Part shown: piece by piece, positions 23,515 to 35,837 of the stretch | Numbering within the stretch: position 1 is the first letter of the stretch | How the letters are laid out: every line of letters begins with the position of its first letter | Origin: Pseudomonadota bacterium | Lineage (GTDB): Bacteria > Pseudomonadota > Gammaproteobacteria > GCA-002705445 > GCA-002716945 | Direction of reading: 5' to 3' | Length of the DNA: 64,000 nucleotides | Assembly (NCBI GenBank): GCA_036140295.1 | Contig: JAYZYL010000006.1 | Location: 34,276 to 98,275, forward strand | Made by a program: the position numbers and the translations under genes | The notes under the pieces: model-generated | What the model saw: the letters and a program-made list of their open reading frames with translations, nothing else | The model's database searches: none | What the model was told of the DNA's origin: nothing

Positions 23515-23596
23515 TGCCGATGGCCGGACTCGAACCGGCACGACTTGCGCCACTGCCCCCTCAAGACAGCGTGTCTACCAGTTCCACCACATCGGC
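23515..23596 (-). tRNA. leuU: tRNA-Leu (anticodon GAG)
   Basis: Reverse complement is GCCGATGTGGTGGAACTGGTAGACACGCTGTCTTGAGGGGGCAGTGGCGCAAGTCGTGCCGGTTCGAGTCCGGCCATCGGCA. Long variable arm, anticodon GAG in a TTGAGGG loop, CCA not encoded. Lies immediately downstream of secG, as E. coli leuU does. Confidence 0.85.
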
Positions 23597-23600
23597 GAAA

Positions 23601-23921
23601 TTATGGAAGATCTTTGAGCTCATCTGATTTGATATTGTTTTGAGATTTTGTTTTAGTTTCTTTATTAATTAAATCTGTCTCATCTGGGTTTCGATCTGTA
23701 GCAAGATATGCCAATGAAAGACTAGTTACGAAAAAAATTAATGCAATTATAGTGGTGAGTTTTGTTAAAAATGTAGCACTTCCACGAGCACCAAAAACAG
23801 TTGATGATGCGCCACTTCCAAAAGCAGCTCCAGCATCAGCACCTTTCCCATGCTGTACAAGTATCAATATCACTAACGCAACAGAAAGAATAATATGTAT
23901 AGCTAAAATTATTGTTTGCAT
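23601..23921 (-). CDS. secG: Protein-export membrane protein SecG
   Basis: From the ATG at 23921, exactly 27 residues precede the conserved QHGKGAD motif, as in E. coli SecG. The longer track ORF starts at a TTG (23957) and would overlap tpiA. Confidence 0.85.
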   Translation of the reverse strand: MQTIILAIHIILSVALVILILVQHGKGADAGAAFGSGASSTVFGARGSATFLTKLTTIIALIFFVTSLSLAYLATDRNPDETDLINKETKTKSQNNIKSDELKDLP

Positions 23922-23934
23922 GGTGTTATTTATC

Positions 23935-24699
23935 TCAGATTGAAGAACAAATTTCAATAAATTTTTTTGCTTTCAATGATGCTCCTCCAATTAATGCTCC
24001 ATCAACCTCATTTAGGGATAAAATTATTTTTGCATTTGAACTATTCACACTTCCTCCATATAAAATCTTTATTTTTTGATAATCACTTTTAAAAATTTTG
24101 GATAAAGAATTCTTAATATATTTGTGTACATCAGAAATTTGTTCATTTGTGGCATTCCTTCCCGTTCCTATTGCCCAAACAGGCTCGTATGCAATAATTA
24201 ATCTGTGTAAGTTTTTAGCTAGCAATTTTTTTGATGGGCCTAGGGCTGTCTTTAGTTGTCTAGAAATTACCCTTTTAGTTATTCTTTTTTTTCTCTCAGA
24301 AATTGTCTCACCTACACAAAGGATAATACTAAGTTTTTCATTTATTGCTATATTAACTTTAGAAGATAAAGTTGTATCATTTTCTTGGAAAACATGTCTC
24401 CTCTCAGAATGGCCAATAATAGTATATTTACAATCAAAGTCTTTGATCATCCTAGCTGAAATTTCTCCAGTAAAAGCTCCCTCTGAATAGGGCGAAATAT
24501 CTTGAGACCCTAAAGAAATGTTTTTGATTTTCTTTGTTAGTAGGGAAATTTTAGACAAATAAATTGAGGGTGGAAATAAAACAATTTTATGCTTAATTCT
24601 TTTCTGTTTAGAAAATTTTATAATATTTTTGGTAAGGCTGGAAAGAGTTTTTAATGTTCCATTTTGTTTCCAATTAGCTGCTATTAAATATGTCTTCAT
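23935..24699 (-). CDS. tpiA: Triosephosphate isomerase
   Basis: N-terminus MKTYLIAANWKQNG from the ATG at 24699. Motifs GHSERR and AYEPVWAIGTG. The upstream ATG at 24732 would add 11 aa and overlap glmM. Confidence 0.9.
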   Translation of the reverse strand: MKTYLIAANWKQNGTLKTLSSLTKNIIKFSKQKRIKHKIVLFPPSIYLSKISLLTKKIKNISLGSQDISPYSEGAFTGEISARMIKDFDCKYTIIGHSERRHVFQENDTTLSSKVNIAINEKLSIILCVGETISERKKRITKRVISRQLKTALGPSKKLLAKNLHRLIIAYEPVWAIGTGRNATNEQISDVHKYIKNSLSKIFKSDYQKIKILYGGSVNSSNAKIILSLNEVDGALIGGASLKAKKFIEICSSI

Positions 24700-24709
24700 T
24701 GTAGATAAT

Positions 24710-26128
24710 TTATGTTTTTTGTATATTATCATAGAAATACTTTTCGAGCTTATTTATTTCTTCTGAGTCCTGGTGTTCAATCAATAATCTTATAAGATTT
24801 TCTGTTCCTGACGCTCGAATTAATATTCTTCCAAAATTAGTAACTTTCTTTTCTAGATTTGCAATAACTTTCTTATTTAGCTTGTTTTCCATAAAATTTT
24901 TTTTATTTGAGACAGCAATATTTATTAGTTTACTTGGAACAATAATGTTTGCTGTTACCTCTTTAAGGTTATTTAAATTTAATTTTAATTCTGATAATAC
25001 TTCAAGTAGATTAATTAAAGTTATTATCCCATCACCAATAGGAATGTCTATAAAATCGGTAGTGATTATATGTCCTGATGATTCACCTCCAAGTTCTGCA
25101 TTTATATCTCTCATTTTTTGAAAAACAAACTTATCTCCAATATTTGTTGTATGAAAATCAATTCCTATTTTTTTATATGCAGATTGAATTCCATGATTAG
25201 TCATAAGTGTACCAACAACAGGTCCTTGATAATTTTTATGTTCTCTCTTGAATTTACTAAGTATATATAAAACCTCATCACCATTCATTACATTAGAGTT
25301 TGGGGTCACAAATATTGCTCTATCCCCATCTCCGTCAAACGCAACGCCTAAATCAATTTTTTTTTGTTCAGCACTATTATGGAATTGTATTTGTTCTTTT
25401 AATGCATCTATATATGTAGTTCCACATTTATTATTTATATTTGTTCCGCTAGGTTGATTATATATGGGTAAAATATCAACATTGTCAGAATCATCAAAAA
25501 TATTCTCCACATGATTTGATGTAGCTCCATTAGCACAATCAATCATTATCAAAAATTTCTTATTTTTTTCCTTTGTTACCTTATTTTGCAAATATTTTTT
25601 AGCCGCTAAACTATATTCATGATTTACTTCTTTTGCAGTAATACCTTCTATATTAGAATCTTTCCAAGTTGTTTCTGAGTTTTCTAATAATTTTTTTAAA
25701 CCGTTAAAAGTATTTTCAATTTCATTCTCCTGTTCCTCAGAAATTTTTAAACCATTAGCATTAAAAATTTTAATACCGTTGTCATGATAACTGTTGTGTG
25801 ATGCAGTAATTTGTATACCAATGTGACATGGAATTTTTAAATTGTCTTTTCTATTGTTTAATTGAAGTTTACGTATGAAATAGCTAAGTGCAGGTGTAGA
25901 TATTAAGTCAAGAGATGTTACATAAGCTCCATACTTACTTATTCCTTTTCTTAAAGCTTCTTCTATCTCATTTGCTGAAATTCTTCCGTCATGTGAAATA
26001 AGGACCAAGCCATCTTTATCCTTAAACAATGATTTACTAATAGCAAACCCAAGTTTCTCCATATCTATAGGAGTTATAGGGAATTCCCCTACCTTACCTC
26101 TGATCCCATCTGTACCAAATAATTTCAT
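24710..26128 (-). CDS. glmM: Phosphoglucosamine mutase
   Basis: MKLFGTDGIRG N-terminus, phosphoserine loop TASHNS (normally SASHNP), and metal-binding DGDGDR. Confidence 0.92.
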   Translation of the reverse strand: MKLFGTDGIRGKVGEFPITPIDMEKLGFAISKSLFKDKDGLVLISHDGRISANEIEEALRKGISKYGAYVTSLDLISTPALSYFIRKLQLNNRKDNLKIPCHIGIQITASHNSYHDNGIKIFNANGLKISEEQENEIENTFNGLKKLLENSETTWKDSNIEGITAKEVNHEYSLAAKKYLQNKVTKEKNKKFLIMIDCANGATSNHVENIFDDSDNVDILPIYNQPSGTNINNKCGTTYIDALKEQIQFHNSAEQKKIDLGVAFDGDGDRAIFVTPNSNVMNGDEVLYILSKFKREHKNYQGPVVGTLMTNHGIQSAYKKIGIDFHTTNIGDKFVFQKMRDINAELGGESSGHIITTDFIDIPIGDGIITLINLLEVLSELKLNLNNLKEVTANIIVPSKLINIAVSNKKNFMENKLNKKVIANLEKKVTNFGRILIRASGTENLIRLLIEHQDSEEINKLEKYFYDNIQKT

Positions 26129-26946
26129 TAATTATAATCCTTAAGCCTTTTAGTTATATTCAGTAGGATTTTTGTTTCATAAACATCATGTGTCCTAATA
26201 ATGTTTGCTCCATTATATACAGAAATTAGTGTAGCGGCTAAAGATCCATATAATCTATGATTGATATCTCTATTAAGCAAATTTCCAATCATGCTTTTTC
26301 TAGAAATGCCAATCAATAAATTCTTGTGTAAATCTTTAAATTTTTTTAAATTTTTAAGTAATAGATAGTTATGGTTAAGGGTCTTTCCAAATCCAAATCC
26401 TGGATCAATTATTAATCTTTCTTTTGAAATTCCTCCTTCAATACACATTTTAATTTTATTTTTTAAAAAATCTAATACTTCTGAAACCACATTATCGTAT
26501 TCTGGTTTGTTTTGCATATTTTCTGGAGTTCCTTTCATATGCATTAAACAAATATAAATATTTTCATTTTTAAGAGCTGCAAGTGAGTTGGAATCGTTTA
26601 GTGCTGATATATCATTGATAATTTGTACTTTAAATTTTACTGCCTCTTTCATAACATTAGACTTGGTTGTATCAACAGATATGGGAATATTGGAACTGTT
26701 TCGTATTTTTTCAATTACTGGAATTATTCTATCTATTTCTTCCTGAACTGAAATTCTCTTTGCTCCCGGCCTTGATGATTCACCACCAATATCTATAATG
26801 TCAACTCCTTCCCTGATCATCTCTTGTGCACGGTCTAATGCTAATTTTTTTTTAGAATATTTTCCTCCATCAGAAAATGAATCGGGGGTTACATTTAGTA
26901 TGCCCATTATGAGAGGTCTTTGATTAGCTTTAAATTTTAAATTCAT
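26128..26946 (-). CDS. folP: Dihydropteroate synthase
   Basis: GILNVTPDSFSDGG motif and pterin-binding TIM-barrel signature. Sits in the ftsH-folP-glmM order. Confidence 0.92.
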   Translation of the reverse strand: MNLKFKANQRPLIMGILNVTPDSFSDGGKYSKKKLALDRAQEMIREGVDIIDIGGESSRPGAKRISVQEEIDRIIPVIEKIRNSSNIPISVDTTKSNVMKEAVKFKVQIINDISALNDSNSLAALKNENIYICLMHMKGTPENMQNKPEYDNVVSEVLDFLKNKIKMCIEGGISKERLIIDPGFGFGKTLNHNYLLLKNLKKFKDLHKNLLIGISRKSMIGNLLNRDINHRLYGSLAATLISVYNGANIIRTHDVYETKILLNITKRLKDYN

Positions 26947-27003
26947 TATTGGAGTATAAAATCCAACAGTATATGCTGTCTATAACCGAGTTTTTTAATT
27001 AGG

Positions 27004-28935
27004 TTAGTCGTGCGATTTATAGGATGCTGGACTAGGAGCAGCATCACCTTTTGGCTTTGATGGCATGCCTTCACCACTTTCTCCTGAAGTGTCATCATCT
27101 GACCAGTTCTCAGGTGCTCCAGGTTTTTTTCCAGCCATTATTTGATCAATTTGCTTAGCATCTATTGTTTCATATTTCATAAGCGCTTCTGCCATAGCAT
27201 GCATTTTTTTCAAATTATCTTTTATGAGTTTAGTGGCACGCTTATATTCAATATCAATAATCCTTTTTATTTCAGAATCAATTGCATGTGCTGTTTCATC
27301 CGATACACTTTTTTGCTGTGAAACTGACTTACCTAAGAAGACTTCATTTTGTTCTTCATTATAGGCAAGCGGGCCCATTTTTTCAGATAAACCCCATTTG
27401 GTAACCATATTTCGAGCTAAATCTGTAGCTCTTTCAATATCATTTGATGCGCCGGTTGTTACAGCATCAGCTCCAAAAATCTGTTCTTCAGCTACTCTTC
27501 CCCCAAATAATGCAGCAATCATACTTTTTATTCTTTCACGGCTATTACTATATCTATCCTCTTCAGGTAAGAACATTGTTACGCCGAGCGCTCTACCTCT
27601 AGGTATAATGCTAACCTTATAAACTGGGTCATGGCTAGGAACTAATCTGCCAACTATTGCATGTCCTGATTCATGATAGGCAGTAAGTTTTTTCTCGTCA
27701 TCATTCATTACCATAGACTTTCTTTCTCCACCCATCATTATTTTATCCTTGGCTTTTTCAAAATCATCCATATCAACAACTTTTTTGTTTGCCCTTGCAG
27801 CAAATAAAGCTGCCTCATTAGCTAAATTTGCAAGATCAGCTCCAGAAAAACCTGGTGTTCCTCTTGCAATTATTTTTGGCTTAACATCATTTGCAATTGG
27901 AATCTTTCTGACATGGACTTTTAAAATTTGCTCTCTTCCACGGATATCAGGTAAAGGTACTACAACTTGTCTATCAAATCTTCCGGGACGTAATAAAGCT
28001 GGGTCCAAAACATCAGGTCTATTAGTTGCAGCTATTACAATTACTCCTTCATTGCCCTCAAAACCATCCATCTCAACTAATAATTGATTTAATGTTTGTT
28101 CGCGTTCATCATGACCACCACCTAATCCGGCACCCCTATGACGTCCTACAGCATCAATTTCATCAATGAATATGATACATGGAGCATGTTTCTTTGCTTG
28201 TTCAAACATATCTCTAACTCGAGATGCACCAACACCTACAAACATTTCTACAAAGTCAGACCCTGATATTGTAAAAAAAGGAACTTTTGCTTCACCAGCA
28301 ATAGCTCTTGCAAGCAAGGTCTTTCCTGTTCCAGGCGACCCGACCATCAACACTCCTGTTGGAATTTTTCCACCAAGATTTTGAAACTTTGCTGGATCTC
28401 TAAGAAAATCAACTAATTCTTTTACTTCTTCTTTGGCTTCCTCTACCCCTGCTACATCATTAAAGGTTACTTTAACTTGATCCTCATTTTGCATTTTTGC
28501 TTTACTTTTTCCAAAAGACATTGCTCCTCGGGTTCCACCTCCACCCTGCATCTGTCTCATAAAAAATATCCACACGCCAATCAAAAGCAAGAATGGGAAC
28601 CAGTGTAAGAAAATCTGCGCAAGAAATGATTGTTTTTCTGGAGGTTTTCCATTTATTTTTACATTATTTTTAAGCAAATCCCCTACTAATGCAGAATTAT
28701 CTGTCTCGGGACTATAAGTTTTAAAGGCATCTCCCGAGGTTAAGCGTCCTTCAATTTCTCTGCCTGATATTGTCACTTCAGCAATCTGTCCTTTTTCAAC
28801 AAGACTATTAAATTCTGTATAATTAAATTCACTCTGAGAACTATTTCTGACACCCATACCAGAAAAGAGTGACATAATAACTACTGCTATAACTGTCCAA
28901 ATTGCTAAATTTTTTAAAAGATCGCCCATACTCAT
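27004..28935 (-). CDS. ftsH: ATP-dependent zinc metalloprotease FtsH
   Basis: Two N-terminal TM helices, AAA module ([15 protein letters not shown]) and zinc site HESGHAIV. Confidence 0.97.
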   Translation of the reverse strand: MSMGDLLKNLAIWTVIAVVIMSLFSGMGVRNSSQSEFNYTEFNSLVEKGQIAEVTISGREIEGRLTSGDAFKTYSPETDNSALVGDLLKNNVKINGKPPEKQSFLAQIFLHWFPFLLLIGVWIFFMRQMQGGGGTRGAMSFGKSKAKMQNEDQVKVTFNDVAGVEEAKEEVKELVDFLRDPAKFQNLGGKIPTGVLMVGSPGTGKTLLARAIAGEAKVPFFTISGSDFVEMFVGVGASRVRDMFEQAKKHAPCIIFIDEIDAVGRHRGAGLGGGHDEREQTLNQLLVEMDGFEGNEGVIVIAATNRPDVLDPALLRPGRFDRQVVVPLPDIRGREQILKVHVRKIPIANDVKPKIIARGTPGFSGADLANLANEAALFAARANKKVVDMDDFEKAKDKIMMGGERKSMVMNDDEKKLTAYHESGHAIVGRLVPSHDPVYKVSIIPRGRALGVTMFLPEEDRYSNSRERIKSMIAALFGGRVAEEQIFGADAVTTGASNDIERATDLARNMVTKWGLSEKMGPLAYNEEQNEVFLGKSVSQQKSVSDETAHAIDSEIKRIIDIEYKRATKLIKDNLKKMHAMAEALMKYETIDAKQIDQIMAGKKPGAPENWSDDDTSGESGEGMPSKPKGDAAPSPASYKSHD

Positions 28936-28996
28936 TGCCTCGTTTCTAAAGTCATTCTAAATCTCACCTAGAATATTGTCAAACTATCTTGTTTCA

Positions 28997-29617
28997 TCAT
29001 ACCAATGGCTTAAACTTATTACAAACAAGGTATATCTCATTGCTTGCTTGTTTAGATGCAGATGGCTTAAAAACACCTACTATTTTAAAGTGTTTTATTA
29101 ACTCTTCTTTTGTCTTAGCCAAACTACTTCCATTAAAATATTTCATAACTAAAAAACCTTCTTTTTTTAGAGATTCTTTACAAAACTCAATAATATTCAT
29201 AGCTAAAATAGCAAAATTACTCTGATCTATATCAGCTATACCTGTAATATTGGGTGCAATATCTGATAAAACAACCCCTGCTTGGCAATTATTTTGTATT
29301 TGTATCTTCTCGATAAGTTTTGAATCTGCAATGTCTGCTCTTATAAAATCAACTCTATGCAGTGGATCAATATCTAAAATATCTATTCCAATTATTTTTT
29401 TAATATTTTTTTGTTCACATATGTATTGTAGCCAGGATCCTGGAGCACAGCCAAGGTCAATCACAACCTCTGCATTTGAGAATACCTTATATTTCTCATT
29501 TATTTCAATTAACTTATAAATAGCACGTGATCTATAATTGGCTTTTTTTGATTTTTTTACAAAAGGATCTCTTTTATGTTTTGCAATCCAATTTGTAGTT
29601 TTTTTGTTTTTGCTCAT
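28997..29617 (-). CDS. rlmE: 23S rRNA (uridine2552-2'-O)-methyltransferase RlmE/FtsJ
   Basis: 206 aa with SAM-binding motif DLGCAPGSW. Directly upstream of ftsH. Confidence 0.92.
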   Translation of the reverse strand: MSKNKKTTNWIAKHKRDPFVKKSKKANYRSRAIYKLIEINEKYKVFSNAEVVIDLGCAPGSWLQYICEQKNIKKIIGIDILDIDPLHRVDFIRADIADSKLIEKIQIQNNCQAGVVLSDIAPNITGIADIDQSNFAILAMNIIEFCKESLKKEGFLVMKYFNGSSLAKTKEELIKHFKIVGVFKPSASKQASNEIYLVCNKFKPLV

Positions 29618-29686
29618 ACATATTTCATTATATCACTTTCAATCATTATCGTTGAATAGATCAAATAAGATTGTTAGTATATTTGA

Positions 29687-30187
29687 ATGACTAAAATTAC
29701 TTTAAAAGGAAATGAAATAAACACAACAGGCGATGTACCAAAAGTTGGTGATAAGGCTCCAGATTTTGTTTTGGTTGGTGAAGATTTAAAAAATGTTACA
29801 CTAAATGATTTTAAAGACAAAAATAAAATACTGAGTATAGTTCCAAGTCTAGATACACCAGTCTGTCAAAGTTCAACGAAAATATTTAATGAAAAAGCAA
29901 CTTCTGTAACTGACACTGTCGTCTTAACAGTTTCGGCAGACTTGCCTTTTGCAATGGCTAGATTTTGTTCATCTGAAAAATTAAACAATATACAATCTTT
30001 ATCAATGATGCGTTCTAGAAATTTTGCAAAAGACTATGGAGTATTAATTGAGGATGGTCCTCTAGCTGGTATTACAGCAAGAGCTGTGATAGTTATTGAT
30101 AAAAATGATACTGTAATCCATTCAGAACTTGTAAAAGAAATTGCTGAAGAACCAAATTATGATGCTGCATTAAATTGTCTAAAATAA
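29687..30187 (+). CDS. tpx: Thiol peroxidase (atypical 2-Cys peroxiredoxin)
   Basis: 166 aa with peroxidatic-Cys motif SLDTPVC and the Tpx family N-terminus. Confidence 0.92.
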   Translation: MTKITLKGNEINTTGDVPKVGDKAPDFVLVGEDLKNVTLNDFKDKNKILSIVPSLDTPVCQSSTKIFNEKATSVTDTVVLTVSADLPFAMARFCSSEKLNNIQSLSMMRSRNFAKDYGVLIEDGPLAGITARAVIVIDKNDTVIHSELVKEIAEEPNYDAALNCLK

Positions 30188-30192
30188 TTTAA

Positions 30193-31437
30193 ATGAGTTT
30201 TACAAAACAAGTTCTTTATTCGATGCTTTTTGGCATTCTTTTTGGACTTATTCTAAATATTTTTATTATTCCTAATGAATTAGTAGAAAATCTATTAATT
30301 GAAAATGTTTTTACTACGTTAGCAACAATTTTTATTCTACTGTTAAAGATGATTGTGTTGCCATTAATCTTTGTATCACTAATTTCGGGGATTGTATCAA
30401 TTAACGATACATCTGCATTAGGAAGAATAGGTTTAAAAACAATAAGTCTTTATTTTTTGACGACTATAATTGCAATTTCTTTAGCATTACTATCATCAAC
30501 ACTGGTTGGTTATGATCAACAAAATCTAAATTTACAAACAAATCCAATATTAGATTCTAGCTTACCTGAATCAAAAAATTATATTTTAACTTTTTTTCCA
30601 GAAAATTTTTTTGCGTCTCTGGCTGATGGAAATGTGATACATGTTTTAGTTTTTGCTATTTTTCTTGGTATAGCTGCATCACTAATAAAAGAAGAAATAA
30701 AAGTCTATATTGATTTAATTGATGATCTAAATAAAATACTTAATAAATTAGTAATATTAATTATCCAGTTAACTCCTATTGCTGTTTTTTGTTTGTTGGC
30801 TAAAACATTTGCAACCCAAGGAATAGAGGTGTTTATCCCATTAGCAAAATATTTTTTTCTTGTAATTGCTGTGTTAATGCTACATTTTACTATTACATTC
30901 TCAATTCTACTTAAACTATTTGCATCTCTAGATTTACAAAAATTTTATACTAAAATAAAATCTATACTTATTTTTACTTTTAGTACAGCTAGCAGCAACG
31001 CATCTATACCTTTCACATTAAATGCTGTAGTAAATAAATTTGGTGTACAAAAATCTGTAGCATCATTTTCAATACCTTTGGGTGCAACTATAAACATGGA
31101 CGGTACTGCAATCATGCAAGGTTGTGCAACTTACTTTCTAGCAACATTTTATGGGATTGACCTTTCATTAAATGACTATATTACCATTATTATAACTGCA
31201 ACTTTAGCTTCTATAGGGACTGCTGGGATTCCAAGCGCTGGAATTTTAATGCTTTCAATTATCTTGACAGAAGTCGGAATACCATTAGAGGGTATCACGT
31301 TACTGCTTGGTGTTGACAGATTGTTAGATATGATTCGAACCAGTGTCAATGTAACTGGTGACACATGTATTACATGCATTGTTGCGAAAAGCGAAGATAT
31401 GTTAGACGAAAAAAAATATAATTCACAAGAAATTTAG
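30193..31437 (+). CDS. Dicarboxylate/amino acid:cation symporter (DAACS family; GltP/SstT-like)
   Basis: 414 aa with 8 TM helices plus reentrant loops. Signature segments NMDGTA and GIPSAG are typical of DAACS. Confidence 0.85.
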   Translation: MSFTKQVLYSMLFGILFGLILNIFIIPNELVENLLIENVFTTLATIFILLLKMIVLPLIFVSLISGIVSINDTSALGRIGLKTISLYFLTTIIAISLALLSSTLVGYDQQNLNLQTNPILDSSLPESKNYILTFFPENFFASLADGNVIHVLVFAIFLGIAASLIKEEIKVYIDLIDDLNKILNKLVILIIQLTPIAVFCLLAKTFATQGIEVFIPLAKYFFLVIAVLMLHFTITFSILLKLFASLDLQKFYTKIKSILIFTFSTASSNASIPFTLNAVVNKFGVQKSVASFSIPLGATINMDGTAIMQGCATYFLATFYGIDLSLNDYITIIITATLASIGTAGIPSAGILMLSIILTEVGIPLEGITLLLGVDRLLDMIRTSVNVTGDTCITCIVAKSEDMLDEKKYNSQEI

Positions 31438-34400
31438 TTAATAGTTTTATGCAAACTTTGGATATCAATTGCATCAAAGTTATCAATAAATAGAATTGCT
31501 TTACAAAAAGCTTTAGCTCCTGAAACTGTTGTGGTTAATGAAATATTATTATTTTGAGCTTCTTGCCTAATTGAAAAAGAATCTTTAATTGATTGAGCCC
31601 CTTCTGTTGTATTAATTATTAAATGAATTTCTCCGTTTTTAATCATATCAACAATATGTGGTTGTCCTTGCTTTACTTTATTAACTTTCTGGCATGCAAT
31701 ACTATTATTATTTAAATAATTAAATGTTCCTAATGTTGCATAAACTGTAAACCCAATTTTTATAAGATCTTTTGCTATACTACAAATTTCTGGCTTATCT
31801 TTATCCCTAACACTTATAAATGCATTTCCTGTTTTTGGCAAAATTACTCCTGCTGCTCTTTGTGCTTTGAAATACGCTTCTCCAAAACTTTTTCCAAGCC
31901 CCATAACTTCTCCCGTAGATTTCATTTCAGGACCAAGTAGAACATCTACTTCAGGAAACTTTGAAAATGGAAAAACAGCTTCTTTTACAGAAAAGTAATC
32001 TGTTTTAATTTCTTTTATTAAAGACAATTCTTTAAGAGTCTTTCCGGTCATAACTAATGCTCCAATTTTCGCAAGTGGTATTCCAATGGCTTTTGAAACA
32101 AACGGAGCTGTTCTCGATGCTCTTGGATTTACTTCTAGTAAAAATATTTCATCATCTTTGATTGCAAACTGGGTGTTCATTAATCCAATAACATTTAATT
32201 CAAGAGCAAGTCTCTTAACCTGGTCTCGTAGTTTATTTAATATTTTCTTATTAAGTGTATATGGTGGAATGGAACATCCAGAATCTCCTGAATGAATACC
32301 TGCTTCTTCTATATGCTCCATAATAGCTCCTATAAAAACATCTGTGCCATCACAAACTGCATCAACATCAACTTCTATCGCGTCATTAAGAAATTTATCT
32401 AGTAGTACAGGAGAATTATTTGACACAATAACAGCTTCTCTCATGTATCTTTCCAAATCAATATTGCTAGTTACAATTTCCATTGCTCTACCTCCTAGCA
32501 CATAAGAAGGTCTAACAACCAGCGGATAACCAATATTTTTTGCAACTTCAAGAGCTTCGTTTATATTAGTTGCGGTTGAATTATTTGGTTGCTTTAAATT
32601 AAGTTTTTCGACAAGCTTCTTAAATTTTTCTCTATCCTCTGCAACATCTATAGATTCAGGAGATGTTCCAATAATTTTGACATTATTCTCTTTTAATTTG
32701 TTTGCCAACTTTAAAGGGGTCTGTCCACCATATTGCACAATGACGCCATCTGGATTTTCTTTTTCAATTATTGCGATAACATCTTCAAATGTCAGGGGTT
32801 CAAAATATAGTCTGTCAGATGTATCAAAATCAGTTGATACAGTTTCTGGGTTACAATTTACCATAATTGTCTCATACCCAATCTCTTTTAGAGCAAGTGC
32901 CGCATGTACACAACAATAATCAAATTCTATTCCTTGGCCAATCCTATTCGGCCCTCCTCCAAGTATCATAATTTTTTTATTGTCAGTTGGTGAAGATTCA
33001 CATTCATCATCATAAGTAGAATACATATAGGCAGTTTTTGACTGAAACTCAGCTGCGCATGCGTCAACTCTTTTAAATTTTGGATATATATTCATAGATG
33101 TACGAAAATTTTTAAATTCATTTAAATCACATCTTAATGCTTTTGATAAAAATGAGTCTGAAAATCCTTTCTTTTTTAATTTTAATATTTCAGAGCATGA
33201 TAAATCTTTCATTTTCTTTTCTGATAAAAGATTTTCTTCTTCTACTAAATCTTCAATTTGAGATAAAAACCATGGATCTATGTTTGTAAGGTTATAAATT
33301 TTTTCAAGAGAAAATTCTTGTCTAAATGCTTCAGCAACAAATAAAATCCTGCTTGGAGTTGGTATTGTTAATCTCTTTTCAATATAATCTTTCAAAATTC
33401 CATTTTCTCTAGTAGAAAAATTAGTTCTATTCAAACCATCTATTCCAATCTCAAGTCCTCTTAATGCTTTTTGAAATGACTCTTGGAAATTTCTACCTAT
33501 TGCCATAACCTCACCAACAGATTTCATCTGCGTGGTTAATGTATCATCTGCCTCTTTAAATTTTTCAAAAGCAAATCTAGGTATTTTTGTAACAACATAA
33601 TCAATAGTTGGCTCAAATGATGCGGGGATCACATCACCTGTTATTTCATTTTTTAATTCATCAAGCGTATATCCTATTGCTAATTTTGCTGCTACTTTTG
33701 CAATTGGGAATCCTGTTGCTTTTGATGCTAGAGCTGATGATCTTGACACTCGCGGATTCATTTCTATAATTAAGAGTTTTCCATTTTTTGGTGATATCGC
33801 AAATTGAACATTAGAACCTCCTGTATCAACACCAATCTTTCTAAGAACTTGAATAGAAGCGTTTCGAAGCTTTTGATATTCTTTATCAGTTAAAGTTTGT
33901 GCTGGTGCTACAGTAATCGAATCACCCGTATGTATGCCCATAGGATCAACATTCTCAATTGAACAAATTATTATACAATTATCATTTTTATCTCTTACAA
34001 CTTCCATTTCAAATTCTTTCCACCCAATCACAGATTCCTCAAGTAAGATTTCATTTGTTGGTGATAAATCAAGTCCTCTTTTTACAACTTTTTCAAAATC
34101 TTTTTTGTTGTATGCTATTCCTCCCCCAGAACCACCCAAAGTAAAAGATGGCCTTATAATTATTGGAAAACCTATTTCTTTCTGAATCTCTCTCGCATCA
34201 GTATAATTGTGTGCAATAAAAGATTTTGGGGTATCTAATCCTATTTCTTTCATGGCATTTTTGAAAAGCTCTCGGTCTTCAGCCATATCTATTGATGAAA
34301 CACTCGCTCCTATGATTTTGACATTGTGTTTCTGTAAGATTTTGTGTCTATTTAAATCAAGAGTTGTATTGAGTGCAGTTTGCCCTCCCATGGTAGGTAA

Positions 34401-34658
34401 AATGGCGTCTGGTTTTTCCTTTATTATGATTTTTTCCAAATTCCTCCAGTGGATAGGTTCAATGTAAACTTTATCTGCCATATCTGGATCAGTCATAATA
34501 GTTGCAGGGTTTGAATTCACCAAAATCACTCTTATTCCTTCCTCCTTTAATGCCTTACATGCTTGCACTCCTGAATAGTCAAATTCACATGCTTGTCCAA
34601 TAACTATTGGTCCTGCTCCAATTATTAGTACACTAGATATCTTTTTATCTTTTGGCAT
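31434..34658 (-). CDS. carB: Carbamoyl-phosphate synthase large subunit
   Basis: 1074 aa with duplicated ATP-grasp halves and a C-terminal MGS-like domain. Confidence 0.97.
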   Translation of the reverse strand: MPKDKKISSVLIIGAGPIVIGQACEFDYSGVQACKALKEEGIRVILVNSNPATIMTDPDMADKVYIEPIHWRNLEKIIIKEKPDAILPTMGGQTALNTTLDLNRHKILQKHNVKIIGASVSSIDMAEDRELFKNAMKEIGLDTPKSFIAHNYTDAREIQKEIGFPIIIRPSFTLGGSGGGIAYNKKDFEKVVKRGLDLSPTNEILLEESVIGWKEFEMEVVRDKNDNCIIICSIENVDPMGIHTGDSITVAPAQTLTDKEYQKLRNASIQVLRKIGVDTGGSNVQFAISPKNGKLLIIEMNPRVSRSSALASKATGFPIAKVAAKLAIGYTLDELKNEITGDVIPASFEPTIDYVVTKIPRFAFEKFKEADDTLTTQMKSVGEVMAIGRNFQESFQKALRGLEIGIDGLNRTNFSTRENGILKDYIEKRLTIPTPSRILFVAEAFRQEFSLEKIYNLTNIDPWFLSQIEDLVEEENLLSEKKMKDLSCSEILKLKKKGFSDSFLSKALRCDLNEFKNFRTSMNIYPKFKRVDACAAEFQSKTAYMYSTYDDECESSPTDNKKIMILGGGPNRIGQGIEFDYCCVHAALALKEIGYETIMVNCNPETVSTDFDTSDRLYFEPLTFEDVIAIIEKENPDGVIVQYGGQTPLKLANKLKENNVKIIGTSPESIDVAEDREKFKKLVEKLNLKQPNNSTATNINEALEVAKNIGYPLVVRPSYVLGGRAMEIVTSNIDLERYMREAVIVSNNSPVLLDKFLNDAIEVDVDAVCDGTDVFIGAIMEHIEEAGIHSGDSGCSIPPYTLNKKILNKLRDQVKRLALELNVIGLMNTQFAIKDDEIFLLEVNPRASRTAPFVSKAIGIPLAKIGALVMTGKTLKELSLIKEIKTDYFSVKEAVFPFSKFPEVDVLLGPEMKSTGEVMGLGKSFGEAYFKAQRAAGVILPKTGNAFISVRDKDKPEICSIAKDLIKIGFTVYATLGTFNYLNNNSIACQKVNKVKQGQPHIVDMIKNGEIHLIINTTEGAQSIKDSFSIRQEAQNNNISLTTTVSGAKAFCKAILFIDNFDAIDIQSLHKTIN

Positions 34659-35793
34659 TTTTTTTCTTAGTTTCCATCATTGCTATAAATCTTATAAACA
34701 TTTCATTAATATCATGTGGCCCTGGGCTTGCTTCCGGGTGTCCCTGAAAACCAAAGGCAGCTATGTCTCTCCTTTTTAAACCTTGCAAAGAGTTATCAAA
34801 AAGAGAAATGTGTGTTATTTCTAAATTTTTAGGTAATTTTTTTTCATCAACAGCAAACCCATGGTTCTGACTTGTGATAAAAACTTTTTTAGATTTTAAA
34901 TCTATAACTGGATGATTGGCTCCATGATGTCCGAATTTCATTTTAATTGTTTTGGCACCACTTGCTAATGCTAAAAGTTGAAACCCTAGACAAATACCAA
35001 ATGTTGGTATATTCTTTTCTAAAATTTTTTGTATGTTTTCTATAGCATAACTGCAGGCCTCAGGATCACCTGGCCCGTTTGATAAAAAAACTCCATCAGG
35101 ATTTAGCTTCATAACCTCTGTTGCCTTAAATTTTGCTGGGACAACAGTTAATTTACAGCCATGGTCAGCTAGAATCCTTAATATATTGTGTTTTACTCCA
35201 AAATCATAAGTCACCACATGAAATTTTTTTATTTTTTTCTTATTTTTTTTATTCTGAAAACCAGTTAATCCATTTTCCCATTTATATATTTCTTTGGTTG
35301 TAACTTTTTGAGCTAGATCTTTTCCTATAAGCCCAGAAAATTTTTTAAGTGATTCTTCTGCTTTTTTAATCCTAAGATCTTTCCCCGCTATAATACATCC
35401 ATTCTGTACGCCTTTAGTCCTGAGGATTTTTGTTAATCTTCGTGTATCAATACCGAACATTGCTATTAAACCTTGCTGGACCAAATAGTTTTCTAAAGTC
35501 TCTGTTAATCTCCAGCTGCTGGATAAAATTGGTATATCTCTAATGATTATTCCAGAACAATATATTTTCCTTGACTCAACATCTTCTAAATTAATTCCTG
35601 TATTACCAATATGTGGGTTAGTAAAAGTTATAATTTGTGAATCATATGATGGGTCAGTAATAATTTCTTGGTACCCTGTCATTGCAGTATTAAATACAAC
35701 CTCACCGGTTGTAGATCCCTTAGCACCAAAAGATTTTCCATGAAACTCAGTCCCATCATCAAGTAAAAGTATGGCGTCTTGATAACTAGTCAT
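34645..35793 (-). CDS. carA: Carbamoyl-phosphate synthase small subunit (glutamine amidotransferase)
   Basis: 382 aa with a GATase catalytic triad around GICLGFQ. Overlaps carB start. Confidence 0.95.
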   Translation of the reverse strand: MTSYQDAILLLDDGTEFHGKSFGAKGSTTGEVVFNTAMTGYQEIITDPSYDSQIITFTNPHIGNTGINLEDVESRKIYCSGIIIRDIPILSSSWRLTETLENYLVQQGLIAMFGIDTRRLTKILRTKGVQNGCIIAGKDLRIKKAEESLKKFSGLIGKDLAQKVTTKEIYKWENGLTGFQNKKNKKKIKKFHVVTYDFGVKHNILRILADHGCKLTVVPAKFKATEVMKLNPDGVFLSNGPGDPEACSYAIENIQKILEKNIPTFGICLGFQLLALASGAKTIKMKFGHHGANHPVIDLKSKKVFITSQNHGFAVDEKKLPKNLEITHISLFDNSLQGLKRRDIAAFGFQGHPEASPGPHDINEMFIRFIAMMETKKKNAKR

Positions 35794-35804
35794 GGGTTTT
35801 GATT

Positions 35805-35837
35805 AAAAAAAAAGATGGCTTAAAATAAGTCATCTTC
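35805..35837 (-). terminator. Candidate Rho-independent terminator downstream of rsmI
   Basis: Minus-strand RNA reads AAGAUGACUU-AUUUU-AAGCCAUCUU (9 of 10 bp stem), followed by nine U residues (A-run 35805-35813 on the plus strand). It ends 12 nt before the carA start codon. Confidence 0.4.

Noticed and set aside
23922-23957. Upstream TTG-initiated extensions of several track ORFs
   Set aside because: The extensions are at secG 23957, rimP 9006, hisD 43064, hisG 44769, ptsI 57355 and mgtE 59153. In each case the track start codon is TTG, and a conserved in-frame ATG a few codons downstream matches the N-terminus of characterised homologs. I used the ATG.
24098-24490. 130-aa + strand ORF
   Set aside because: Antisense inside tpiA.
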